Assembly (NCBI GenBank): GCA_018670095.1
Contig: JABHRR010000040.1
Location: forward strand, 7,331 to 71,330
Length of the DNA: 64,000 nt
From: Candidatus Woesearchaeota archaeon
GTDB lineage: Archaea > Nanobdellota > Nanobdellia > Woesearchaeales > GW2011-AR9
Reading direction: 5' to 3'
Each line of letters opens with the position of its first letter. The stretch's first letter is position 1. The position numbers and the translations under genes are program-made. Of the stretch, positions 7,511 to 16,361 are shown in pieces. The notes under the pieces were generated by a model. It saw nothing but the letters and a program-made list of their open reading frames with translations, had not been told where the DNA came from and made no database searches.

Positions 7511-10306
7511 ATGGTAAAGATAATTACAACAATAGGGACTAGTTCCATTAAACCAGGAGTATTACATAAACTTAAATCTCATCATGTTGATTTTGTCAGA
7601 ATTAATCTCTCTCATACTAAAGAAAAAGATATTGAAAAAAATATTGAACAGTTAAAAAATTCTAAACTGCCAATCATTATTGATACTGAAGGATCAAAAA
7701 TTAGAACGGGACAATTGAAAGAAGATGTTACCATTCTTGTTAAAGATAAAATTATAAAAGTTTTTAAAGGAGAGATTCCAAATGATTGTGAGGATAATAC
7801 TATCGCAATTAAACCAAAAGAAATTTTGGATTATGTTCGCCCTGGAAATTTGATATCTGTTGATTTTGATTCTGTATTACTAAAAGTAACGGATACTTCC
7901 GCATTAAAAGAAGGTGATTATATTACCTGTCAAGTAATTATTGGAGGCCTAGTTGGAAGCAATAAGTCCGTTCATATTGAAGATTTAAAAATTAAATTGC
8001 CACCTTTTAGCCAAAAAGACTTTTTAGCAATTGAACTTGCCAAAAAACACAAAGTAAAGTTTTTCACATTATCTTTTATTGACCATGGTAGGGAAGTTAA
8101 AGCATTCAAAGAGATATACCCTGAATCATTTGTGTACGCAGAAATCGAAACAAGAGCAGGAATCATAAATTTTGAAAGTATTATTAAAGAAAGTGATGGA
8201 ATTATGGTTGATCGAGGCGATCTCAGTAAAGAAATTTCTCTAGAAAAAATACCCTTAGCACAAAAAATAATTATTAAGAGATGTAATCAAGAAAATAAGG
8301 AGGTATTAATTGCTACTAATATTCTTGAAAGTATGTGTAATTCTCTTAAACCAACCAGAGCAGAAGTAAATGATGTTATCAACACGATTCTAGACGGAGC
8401 TACGGGATTAGTGTTAACAAAAGAAACCGCCATTGGAAACTATCCGTTGGAGACAATAAATATGCTCCATAACCTTATTCAACACGCCAGTTTTGCATTA
8501 AATTCAACAAAAATCAATGAAGCACTTACAGAAAAGAAAGCAAGTAAAACGTTGTTAGAATTAGATTATATCACAAACCCTTACATCACAGATTCATTAA
8601 ATCCTCCTCATGGGGGCAGGTTAGTAAATCAGGTAATGGATGAAAGTGAAATTAAAAAGTACGATTTGCTCACAATGAAAAAATTGGAAGTAAATGAAAC
8701 TACATTAATAGATGCTGAACAAATAGCTATTGGGACTTATAGTCCTTTAGAAGGGTTTATGGTAAAAGAAGATTTCGTCTCCGTTTTAAATAATATGAGA
8801 CTAAAGAACGGCGTCATTTGGCCAGTCCCAATATATTTACAAATAAAAGAGAAAGTGGTGGCAGATTTTTTTCCGAAAGAAAATATCTTATTAATATCAA
8901 AAAAAGATAAGGAAGCGTATGCAATTCTTCATTTAAAAGAGATATACCCACTAAATTTACAAGAGACAGCACTTAAACTTTTTGGAACCACGGACGAAGA
9001 ACATCCCGGGGTGAAAAATTTATTTACACAAGGCAATTTTTTTTTAGGGGGGAAAATAAGTTTAATTAAAAAGTTACCTTCCTCACATAAACACCATGAA
9101 TTAACGCCAAAACAAACCAGAAAGATATTTCAAGAGAAAGGCTGGAAAAGAATTGTTGGTTTTCTTTCTCACAATGCAATCCATCGATCTCATGAGATAA
9201 TCCAATTAGAAGGCATAGAAATGGGTGAATGTGATGGTTTATTTGTCCATCCAATGGTGGGAAAGAAAAAAGAAGGTGACTTTAGAACCGAGATTGTTAT
9301 TAAGAGTTATGAGCTAATGATGGAAAAGTTTTATCCACAAAATGTCATCTTTAGTACGTTTTTGATATACTCTCGCTGGTGCGGTCCCCGAGAAGCAGTT
9401 TTTAGTGCAATATGTAAGAAAAACTTTGGTTGCAGTCATTTTATTGTGGGTAGAGACCACGCTGGAGTTGGTGGCTTCTATGGCCCAAAAGAAGCCCATA
9501 ACATATTTAATAAATTTCCTAATTTGGGGATTGAACCTGTTTGTTTTAATGACATTTTTTATTCAAAAAAAGAAGGAAAGCACATTGAAGATAATCCAGA
9601 AAACAATAAAGAAAACCAAAAAGAGGAAAACAAATCCACAATAAGTGGAACCATTGTAAGAAAAATGTTAAAATCTGGTCAACAACCACCAGCATGGTTA
9701 ATGCGGCCCGAAATTTCTGAAATGATTATCAATTGCATTAATCAAGGAGAAGAAGTATTTTACGAAGAAGATCAGAAAAAGTGTAAAGTCCTCTGGTTTA
9801 CTGGGTTATCTGGATCTGGAAAGACAACTCTAGCTTTAGAACTTAAAAAAAAACTTGAAGAGTTAGGAAAAAAAGTAGAAATTCTTGATGGAGATATTGT
9901 TAGAGGTACGATAAACAAGCACCTAGGTTTTTCAAGAGAAGATATTAGAGAAAATAATAAAATAATGGCAGGATTAGCAAAAGAAAAAATGAAAGATTCT
10001 GATTTTGTTCTTGTTCCAAAAATATCCCCTTACAAAGAAGACAGGGAAAAAACGCAATTTCTTATTGGCGATAACTTCCTGGAATTATTTATTAATGCCC
10101 CCCTACAAGAATGCATAAAAAGAGATGTAAAAGGCCTATATCAAAAAGCCCTTGCTGGAGAAATCAAAGATTTTGTGGGGATTGCCCAATCTAATCCTTA
10201 CGAAGCCCCTGATAATCCCCATTTAGAAATAAAAACTGATCAACAGTCTTTAGAAGAAAGTGTAACAACTATATTAGATTTTTTAAAAAGCCGTCAATTA
10301 TTTTAA
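7511..10306 (+). CDS. tri-domain protein: pyruvate-kinase-like domain + sulfate adenylyltransferase (ATP sulfurylase) + adenylylsulfate kinase
   Basis: Residues 1-330 match the PK barrel (INLSHTKEKD, IIIDTEGSKIRTG, MVDRGDLSKEISLEKIPLAQK, PTRAEVNDVINTILDGATGLVLTKETAIG). The middle region has the HRSHE and GRDHAG motifs of ATP sulfurylase. The C-terminus has GLSGSGKTT, LDGDIVRG and KISPY of APS kinase (CysC). Confidence 0.8.
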   Translation: MVKIITTIGTSSIKPGVLHKLKSHHVDFVRINLSHTKEKDIEKNIEQLKNSKLPIIIDTEGSKIRTGQLKEDVTILVKDKIIKVFKGEIPNDCEDNTIAIKPKEILDYVRPGNLISVDFDSVLLKVTDTSALKEGDYITCQVIIGGLVGSNKSVHIEDLKIKLPPFSQKDFLAIELAKKHKVKFFTLSFIDHGREVKAFKEIYPESFVYAEIETRAGIINFESIIKESDGIMVDRGDLSKEISLEKIPLAQKIIIKRCNQENKEVLIATNILESMCNSLKPTRAEVNDVINTILDGATGLVLTKETAIGNYPLETINMLHNLIQHASFALNSTKINEALTEKKASKTLLELDYITNPYITDSLNPPHGGRLVNQVMDESEIKKYDLLTMKKLEVNETTLIDAEQIAIGTYSPLEGFMVKEDFVSVLNNMRLKNGVIWPVPIYLQIKEKVVADFFPKENILLISKKDKEAYAILHLKEIYPLNLQETALKLFGTTDEEHPGVKNLFTQGNFFLGGKISLIKKLPSSHKHHELTPKQTRKIFQEKGWKRIVGFLSHNAIHRSHEIIQLEGIEMGECDGLFVHPMVGKKKEGDFRTEIVIKSYELMMEKFYPQNVIFSTFLIYSRWCGPREAVFSAICKKNFGCSHFIVGRDHAGVGGFYGPKEAHNIFNKFPNLGIEPVCFNDIFYSKKEGKHIEDNPENNKENQKEENKSTISGTIVRKMLKSGQQPPAWLMRPEISEMIINCINQGEEVFYEEDQKKCKVLWFTGLSGSGKTTLALELKKKLEELGKKVEILDGDIVRGTINKHLGFSREDIRENNKIMAGLAKEKMKDSDFVLVPKISPYKEDREKTQFLIGDNFLELFINAPLQECIKRDVKGLYQKALAGEIKDFVGIAQSNPYEAPDNPHLEIKTDQQSLEESVTTILDFLKSRQLF

Positions 10307-10322
10307 ACTCTTTAAATAAAAA

Positions 10323-11015
10323 ATGGATGATATCAACAAAGAAAAATACCAAAAGAATGGAATTATTGGTGTCTTAACTAGAAAGTTCATTTCAACCAAA
10401 ATTAGTTCTCTTTTAGCTAAAACTCGATTAACTCCAAATCAAATAACATTATTTTCATTAATTATTGGATTAATTGGAATTTATTTCTTGTCTACAGGAG
10501 AACGAACAAATTTAATTGTAGCTGGAATATTAATCTTCTTCTCAAAGATATTTGATGCGGTTGATGGGGAGTTAGCAAGACTTAAAAGAATGGAAACTCC
10601 TCGCGGAGCTTGGATTGACGGAATTTCTGATCGCTTTAAAGAAAATTTAATTTTCTTGGGGGTTGCAATTGCCCTCTATAGACAAACAGGAGATGTTTAT
10701 GTCTGGCTTTATGCTTTCATTGCTGTAATTTCGATACATATGTTATCCATAGTACTAGAACACACAGGAATGATGGATAAAAACGCATTAAAGAATACGC
10801 AAGAAGATTTTTGGATGGTAAGATTTGCGAAAAAGATAGGCATTCGTCCACAATTCCTTGCTTTGCAAGCCGACACTTATTTGTTTATTATTTACGTTAG
10901 TATAATCCTCAACCAATTAATGTTTATTCTCTGGTTTTTTATGGTTGTGATGAATTTATATTGGATAGTAATAGTTATTCTAGTATTTATTAAAAAAGGT
11001 GAAGAAGAAAAATGA
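10323..11015 (+). CDS. CDP-alcohol phosphatidyltransferase family membrane protein
   Basis: Motif DAVDGELARLKRMETPRGAWIDGISDRF fits D-G-x2-A-R-x8-G-x3-D-x3-D. Several TM helices. Its stop overlaps the start of the next gene. Confidence 0.75.
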   Translation: MDDINKEKYQKNGIIGVLTRKFISTKISSLLAKTRLTPNQITLFSLIIGLIGIYFLSTGERTNLIVAGILIFFSKIFDAVDGELARLKRMETPRGAWIDGISDRFKENLIFLGVAIALYRQTGDVYVWLYAFIAVISIHMLSIVLEHTGMMDKNALKNTQEDFWMVRFAKKIGIRPQFLALQADTYLFIIYVSIILNQLMFILWFFMVVMNLYWIVIVILVFIKKGEEEK

Positions 11016-12037
11016 AAATCTATTTTGATGCGGATGTTGAAGAAAGAAAATATGAAGGAAGATCACAAACTTCAATCTTAATGAAAAAGTTTTTAGAAAG
11101 TAAAGGGTTCACTTTCGTAGACCATCCTCGCAAAGCAGATTTAATTCAGTTTCATAGTAGTGGGATATTTGCTTCATTTAGAGCTGCAAAATGGAAAAAA
11201 AAGTACAAAGTGCCTGTAATTTATACGCTATATTCTCTTTCTAAAACAGAGCCATTTAATCACATTAGAAATCATTTTGCACAAAGATATTATTTAAGAA
11301 AACGTAAAACTAGTTTTTTATTGAGTTATTCAGCGATATTACCACTTAAATGGAGAGGATATAATTTAAAAAAGTTAGATTTAATAATTACCCCTTCAAT
11401 TTTTGTTAAAAAAAGATTGTTTGAAAATACGAAACTAATCAGAATTGGAATTGATACAAAAAAATTTAGACCATTGAAAATTAATAAACAAAAAGATGAA
11501 AAAATGAGAGTGGGATATTTTGGCCATCCCAGTGCTTACAAGGGAGTGTTAGATTTTGCTCGAGCTTCAAAGAAATTCTCAAAAGATTATCAAAGTTATA
11601 TCTTCATCTCAGACACTTCTAAGAAAATGTTAAGAAATCTAAAAGAAATTAATCCAAAACTAAATATTTATGGACACACAAAAAATATTACCAAAGCTTA
11701 TAATGACATGGACATTATCGTTTTACCATACAGAAGCCATTTAGCTGGCGTGGCCAACCCTTTAGTTTTAATTGAAGCAATGGCTTGTGGTAAAGCTATT
11801 GTGACAACGAATTTTTCTTATCTTAAAGAAATTGTTAAAGATTCCGCCTTATTAATTAAACCATATTCGCCAAAATCTATTGTCAAAGCGGTTAAAAAAT
11901 TAAAGAATGAAAAGTTAAGAGAATTATTAGGAAAGAAAGCAAAGGAAATTATCGAAAAAGAATATGGTCAAGAGAAAATGTTTAATGAGTATCTGAAAGT
12001 TTATCGGTTCTTTGAGAATAAAATGAATAAAAATTAA
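11012..12037 (+). CDS. glycosyltransferase family 4-like (GT-B)
   Basis: C-terminal ANPLVLIEAMACGKAIVTT; ATGA overlap with the upstream gene. Confidence 0.6.
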   Translation: MKIYFDADVEERKYEGRSQTSILMKKFLESKGFTFVDHPRKADLIQFHSSGIFASFRAAKWKKKYKVPVIYTLYSLSKTEPFNHIRNHFAQRYYLRKRKTSFLLSYSAILPLKWRGYNLKKLDLIITPSIFVKKRLFENTKLIRIGIDTKKFRPLKINKQKDEKMRVGYFGHPSAYKGVLDFARASKKFSKDYQSYIFISDTSKKMLRNLKEINPKLNIYGHTKNITKAYNDMDIIVLPYRSHLAGVANPLVLIEAMACGKAIVTTNFSYLKEIVKDSALLIKPYSPKSIVKAVKKLKNEKLRELLGKKAKEIIEKEYGQEKMFNEYLKVYRFFENKMNKN

Positions 12038-12070
12038 AAGCGGTAAGATTAAGAAAAAATTAAAAATAAA

Positions 12071-13510
12071 ATGCAATTTAAAAATACTCCAGAAAACATC
12101 ATGCAAATCATTGAACTATTTCATAATCAGGGATTAAAATATAATTTGTTCAAATGTGAACATATCTTTGCAGGAAACAATGAGAATTTAGACATTCTTT
12201 TTGCAACTAAAGAAGATTACAATAAAGCATCTTCATTGTTAAAAGAAAATGGTTTCATCATTTATATGTCTGAAAAAGTAGAGAAATATAAAAAGATGTA
12301 TTTAAAACTAAACAATGGAACATTAACAAAAATCCATTTGCATCGAGAAATTGCTTGGAATGGAGTAAAAGTTCTTGATGAAAATAATATTTTTGCAAGA
12401 CAAGTAGAATTAAATAAAATGATTTATTTCCCTTCACCAGAAGATTCCATTCTGATTCACATTGCGCACATTTTATTTGAGAATTTTACGATTGGGCCTA
12501 AAGAAGTTAAATATATCGCTGCATGCTTAATAGAAAAAAATAACAAAAAAGGAAGTGAAATAAATTATAGATATATTAACAAACAATTAAACCAATTTGG
12601 TTGGAAAAAAGAATTCTATTATTTATTTAATAAGTTTAACAAAAATAAAGTGGAAGTTGGAAAAAAGGTTTCTTTTACAATGATTATTAAAAGTTATTTT
12701 AAAGCAATCCTAAAACAACCATTAATAATCCCTCACCTAACCAAAAGAGTAATTAAACTAATTGGAAACAAAATATCATTAAAAAGAAAAGGGACATTAA
12801 TCGCTTTAATTGGAGTTAATGGTTCTGGTAAAACAACGACTACCGAATTATTAAAAGAAGAACTTAAACTGTTAGCAACATTCTTTCATGTTCCCATTGA
12901 GGGATACTACTTTGGATGGCGTCCATTCTCACCAATAGCAAAACTATTATCAAGAATCATGAAGAAGAAGAAAACATTCAAGAAAATCGCTGAACAAGAG
13001 GGTATAACAAAGAAAGAGGAAAAAGAAAATGAGAAGAAGGGAAAGAAATTAAGTATGTTCCAGGAGGGTTTGTTTTTATACAATTTCATGGAATATTTAT
13101 TAAGGTATTGGATTCAAATTTATCCGAAGTTGAGAAAGAGAGAGATAATTATTACTGATAGATACTTTTACGATATTTATGGGCAGTATCCGTATGCTGA
13201 GAAAAGTATACTTATCAAAAATTTAATGAAGTTATTTCCAAAACCTGATAAAACTTTTATTCTTGATGCAGATATTGAAACTATTATGAAAAGAGGGAAA
13301 ACAAATAAAGAATATGAAACTACTAAGACAAAACTAAAAGAAGAAAGAAAAATCAAATCTAAAAATTATTTAGAAGGGCAAAGAAAAAGATATAAAGAAA
13401 TAAACAAAATCATCAAGTCAATTATTATTACTACAGAAGAAGATAAGATAGAAACGACAAGAAAAATTACAAACAAAATTTGGAAACTTAGTGTTAAAAA
13501 AAGTCTTTAA
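12071..13510 (+). CDS. two-domain protein of unknown function: N-terminal conserved domain + thymidylate-kinase-like P-loop kinase domain
   Basis: Walker A GVNGSGKTTT and DRY motif (IIITDRYFYD) in the C-terminal half. The N-terminal 240 aa is a paralog of the N-terminus of the 33692..35041 protein (shared ...DYxKxxxxLxENGF... and ...W.gV..LDE..I...). Confidence 0.5.
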   Translation: MQFKNTPENIMQIIELFHNQGLKYNLFKCEHIFAGNNENLDILFATKEDYNKASSLLKENGFIIYMSEKVEKYKKMYLKLNNGTLTKIHLHREIAWNGVKVLDENNIFARQVELNKMIYFPSPEDSILIHIAHILFENFTIGPKEVKYIAACLIEKNNKKGSEINYRYINKQLNQFGWKKEFYYLFNKFNKNKVEVGKKVSFTMIIKSYFKAILKQPLIIPHLTKRVIKLIGNKISLKRKGTLIALIGVNGSGKTTTTELLKEELKLLATFFHVPIEGYYFGWRPFSPIAKLLSRIMKKKKTFKKIAEQEGITKKEEKENEKKGKKLSMFQEGLFLYNFMEYLLRYWIQIYPKLRKREIIITDRYFYDIYGQYPYAEKSILIKNLMKLFPKPDKTFILDADIETIMKRGKTNKEYETTKTKLKEERKIKSKNYLEGQRKRYKEINKIIKSIIITTEEDKIETTRKITNKIWKLSVKKSL

Positions 13511-13549
13511 TTCATAAAGGTTAATAAAAGAAGTTAATGGGAAAGTATA

Positions 13550-15142
13550 ATGGAAGCTGTAGATTATTTTTTAAAAAATTGGACTGGAAACAAAAAGATA
13601 GGAGATGTTATGTTAGATGAACTGCTATCTCTTGATGGGGTGCCATTATGGTGGTTTTTTGAAAGAATTTTTGTTTACCATATTTTGCCAAGACAAATTA
13701 ATACGTTTGAAGAAATTGAAAAAAGAGAAAAATTGAGCCCATTCAAGAAAATTAAGCTGAAAGCAAGCGCACAGATAATTAAAAAAATGATTATCAGTAA
13801 TGAAAATAAAAAGTTAAAATACTTTGGAAATAAAAAATTTAAAAGTCCTGATCATAAACCAACTGGTGATCAAAACAAAGTTCTTTTTCTCAGCTACACT
13901 AACCATATTCTTCCAAATGGCGATTTATTTAGAATCCAAAAAATCATTAATGAAGTTAAAGAAAAACATTTCTTAGAGCCTTTTGTCCTTTTTGCTGATA
14001 CGTTGTCTTCTAGAAATTATAAAAAATTAAATGATAAAAATACTATTTACCAATATTCTGATAATGATATAAATAAAAAAGCAAAAACTTTTTCTAATGA
14101 CATGTATGAGAAATGGAAAAGTATTTCCGATAGCAAAAAAGAAGAATTATTGACCAAAGGCGATTTATCTTATTGGCCATATTTGAAGCATGCATTTGAA
14201 GTATTTTATTCCAAAGAGTTCTTAGAGTTATTATATATTTATTACGAAAGTGCAAAAAAAACAATAATCTCAGAAAAAATTAAAGTAGTAGTCTTAACTT
14301 CACAAAATGGCATCTTTGATAAGTGTATCATTGCTGCTGCTCAAGAATTAAATGTACCTGTATTAAGGCTTCAACATGGAATTGGAGAATGTTTAATTCC
14401 TTATCATCCTTTTGACAAATATTATAAATTAATTTTTAGTGAAGAAGTTAAAAGAAATTTAATGAATGTGGGTTGGCCTGAAGAACAATTAATCATTACC
14501 GGCCCAATAATATTTGATGAGATTAACAATTATATTCTTCCAAAAAAAAATAAAGAGAAGAATATTTTTATTGCTACTGCGCCCCTTATTACAGAAAGTG
14601 GAGGGGGAAAAAAGTATTATCAAAAAATAGAGAGTATTATGAAAGATATTAAAAAGATAAAAAATGTAAAAGTAATCCTCAAGGTCCATCCCGCGGAGCA
14701 CCCCATAGAGAAAACGATTAAGAAATATCGAAACTGTGCCAGAAAAGTTGACCTAAGGGTAAAAATTTATGGGACTGATATATCAAGAAAAGAATTTTAT
14801 CAATTATTTCAATGGTGTGATGTCTTCGTAAACTTTGGTTCCACCACTGCACTTGAAGCGATGATTATTGGGAGACCGGCAGTAACAATAAAAGCGATAG
14901 ATTTCCCAGCAATGTATAATTGGATGGAAGAAAATAAGATTGCGCCAGTTATTGAATATAGAAATAATAAAGAAGAGCATGAAGAACTAGTCTCTGCGAT
15001 TAAAAAATCGTTAGAAGGAAATTCAGAGTTTGTTGAGAATATTAAAGAATTTATTAAGAAAAAGTGTGGAATCATTGAGGGTAATGCATATAAAAAAACT
15101 TCCGTGATCATAAAACAATTCTACAAAGAACAAGAAAAATAA
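13550..15142 (+). CDS. GT-B-like transferase with HP motif (TagF/KpsS/sialyltransferase-like; CDP-alcohol or CMP-sugar dependent), putative
   Basis: KVHPAEHP motif followed by DVFVNFGSTTALEAMIIGRPAV, which resembles TagF/Capsule_synth/bacterial sialyltransferase families. Paralogous to the N-terminal half of the 24656..26788 protein. Confidence 0.35.
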   Translation: MEAVDYFLKNWTGNKKIGDVMLDELLSLDGVPLWWFFERIFVYHILPRQINTFEEIEKREKLSPFKKIKLKASAQIIKKMIISNENKKLKYFGNKKFKSPDHKPTGDQNKVLFLSYTNHILPNGDLFRIQKIINEVKEKHFLEPFVLFADTLSSRNYKKLNDKNTIYQYSDNDINKKAKTFSNDMYEKWKSISDSKKEELLTKGDLSYWPYLKHAFEVFYSKEFLELLYIYYESAKKTIISEKIKVVVLTSQNGIFDKCIIAAAQELNVPVLRLQHGIGECLIPYHPFDKYYKLIFSEEVKRNLMNVGWPEEQLIITGPIIFDEINNYILPKKNKEKNIFIATAPLITESGGGKKYYQKIESIMKDIKKIKNVKVILKVHPAEHPIEKTIKKYRNCARKVDLRVKIYGTDISRKEFYQLFQWCDVFVNFGSTTALEAMIIGRPAVTIKAIDFPAMYNWMEENKIAPVIEYRNNKEEHEELVSAIKKSLEGNSEFVENIKEFIKKKCGIIEGNAYKKTSVIIKQFYKEQEK

Positions 15143-15170
15143 ACTAAACAAAAGAAGGGATGTCATAAGT

Positions 15171-16358
15171 TTATAAAGAAATGTTAGAGATTATTTTTTT
15201 AGCTTTCTCATAATATGAACTAACTAAATTTTTATTTTTATGATTAAATGAAAAATCAACATCTAATTTACCCCCAATAAAATCAATATAAATCAGTGCT
15301 GCCGAAACTTGTTTTACTGGTTCTAGAAAATTTTCAACCTCAATATCAAATGAAATAGGTATATTATTATCAAGATTGTTAATAAACTTTCCAACATCAA
15401 GAATTTCTTTACCGGATAATCCCTCTAACAACCCCAACCCTTCTTCAAGAATTTGCCCATCATCATTCTTCTCTTTTCTTTCTGGTTTCCAGATTTGACC
15501 ATAATCTACAAGTTGTACATCAAATACCCTTCCACCCATAAAAATAAATTCTTTAATTAAATCACACATGCTAGGTTGTATGCTAAAGTTACCAGGATAC
15601 AATGGTCCATAACCAAATTTGGTGAATTGATTATTCATTATATAATTATCTTCATGATCATCTAATAATTTATTAATACTGTCTCTCGCTAAACCATAAT
15701 GTGCAGTATCAAAACATAAACCAACATTAGGTGTGTCTCTGAAAAAATTTGCGAATAATAAAAAGAATTCTTTAGTAACAAAAGAAGGTTCATAAATAAT
15801 CTCTTTAGGATTAGTGGTAACATTACCTTTCAAAGGGACAGGCATATTCTCCACACCAATTTTAATTTCTGTTTGGTTCGCTAATAGCTTGATATTTTCA
15901 AATGCTGGAAAAATGATTTCTTCTTTTATTTTATCAAAGTTATTATCTTTATAAGGCCAAACCAACATTTCTGGAGAGTTATCTACAGAAGATTGGTAAT
16001 AATTTGTTCCAAAATGAACAGTAATTGATTTTGCTTTAATCTCTTCTGCCAATTTAATTGTTTGTTTAAAAAAAACAATAGATTCCGGCAAACTGAAATT
16101 AAGATAACGATTAGGACAATGTGAAGAAAAAGGAGCGTGTAAAGTTAATATAAAATCGGAGGGTACATAGGCCAAAATATTTTTTTTTACTTGATTAAAA
16201 AGAGAATTATAATTTGGGAAAACATCCCCAAAATAAATTAAAAGACCTTTTTGGTGTCCTAAGGGCACAATTTTATTAATTATCTTAATCTTTAATTTTA
16301 ATTGTTCTTCATCCAATGGATTGACTGGTAATTGTAAAACTGCCATATTATCAAACAT
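15171..16358 (-). CDS. xylose-isomerase-like TIM-barrel sugar(-phosphate) isomerase/epimerase family protein
   Basis: ITVHFG, IGVENMP and GLCFDTAHYGL motifs of the AP endonuclease 2/xylose isomerase-like TIM-barrel fold. Confidence 0.45.
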   Translation of the reverse strand: MFDNMAVLQLPVNPLDEEQLKLKIKIINKIVPLGHQKGLLIYFGDVFPNYNSLFNQVKKNILAYVPSDFILTLHAPFSSHCPNRYLNFSLPESIVFFKQTIKLAEEIKAKSITVHFGTNYYQSSVDNSPEMLVWPYKDNNFDKIKEEIIFPAFENIKLLANQTEIKIGVENMPVPLKGNVTTNPKEIIYEPSFVTKEFFLLFANFFRDTPNVGLCFDTAHYGLARDSINKLLDDHEDNYIMNNQFTKFGYGPLYPGNFSIQPSMCDLIKEFIFMGGRVFDVQLVDYGQIWKPERKEKNDDGQILEEGLGLLEGLSGKEILDVGKFINNLDNNIPISFDIEVENFLEPVKQVSAALIYIDFIGGKLDVDFSFNHKNKNLVSSYYEKAKKIISNISL

Positions 16359-16361
16359 AAT

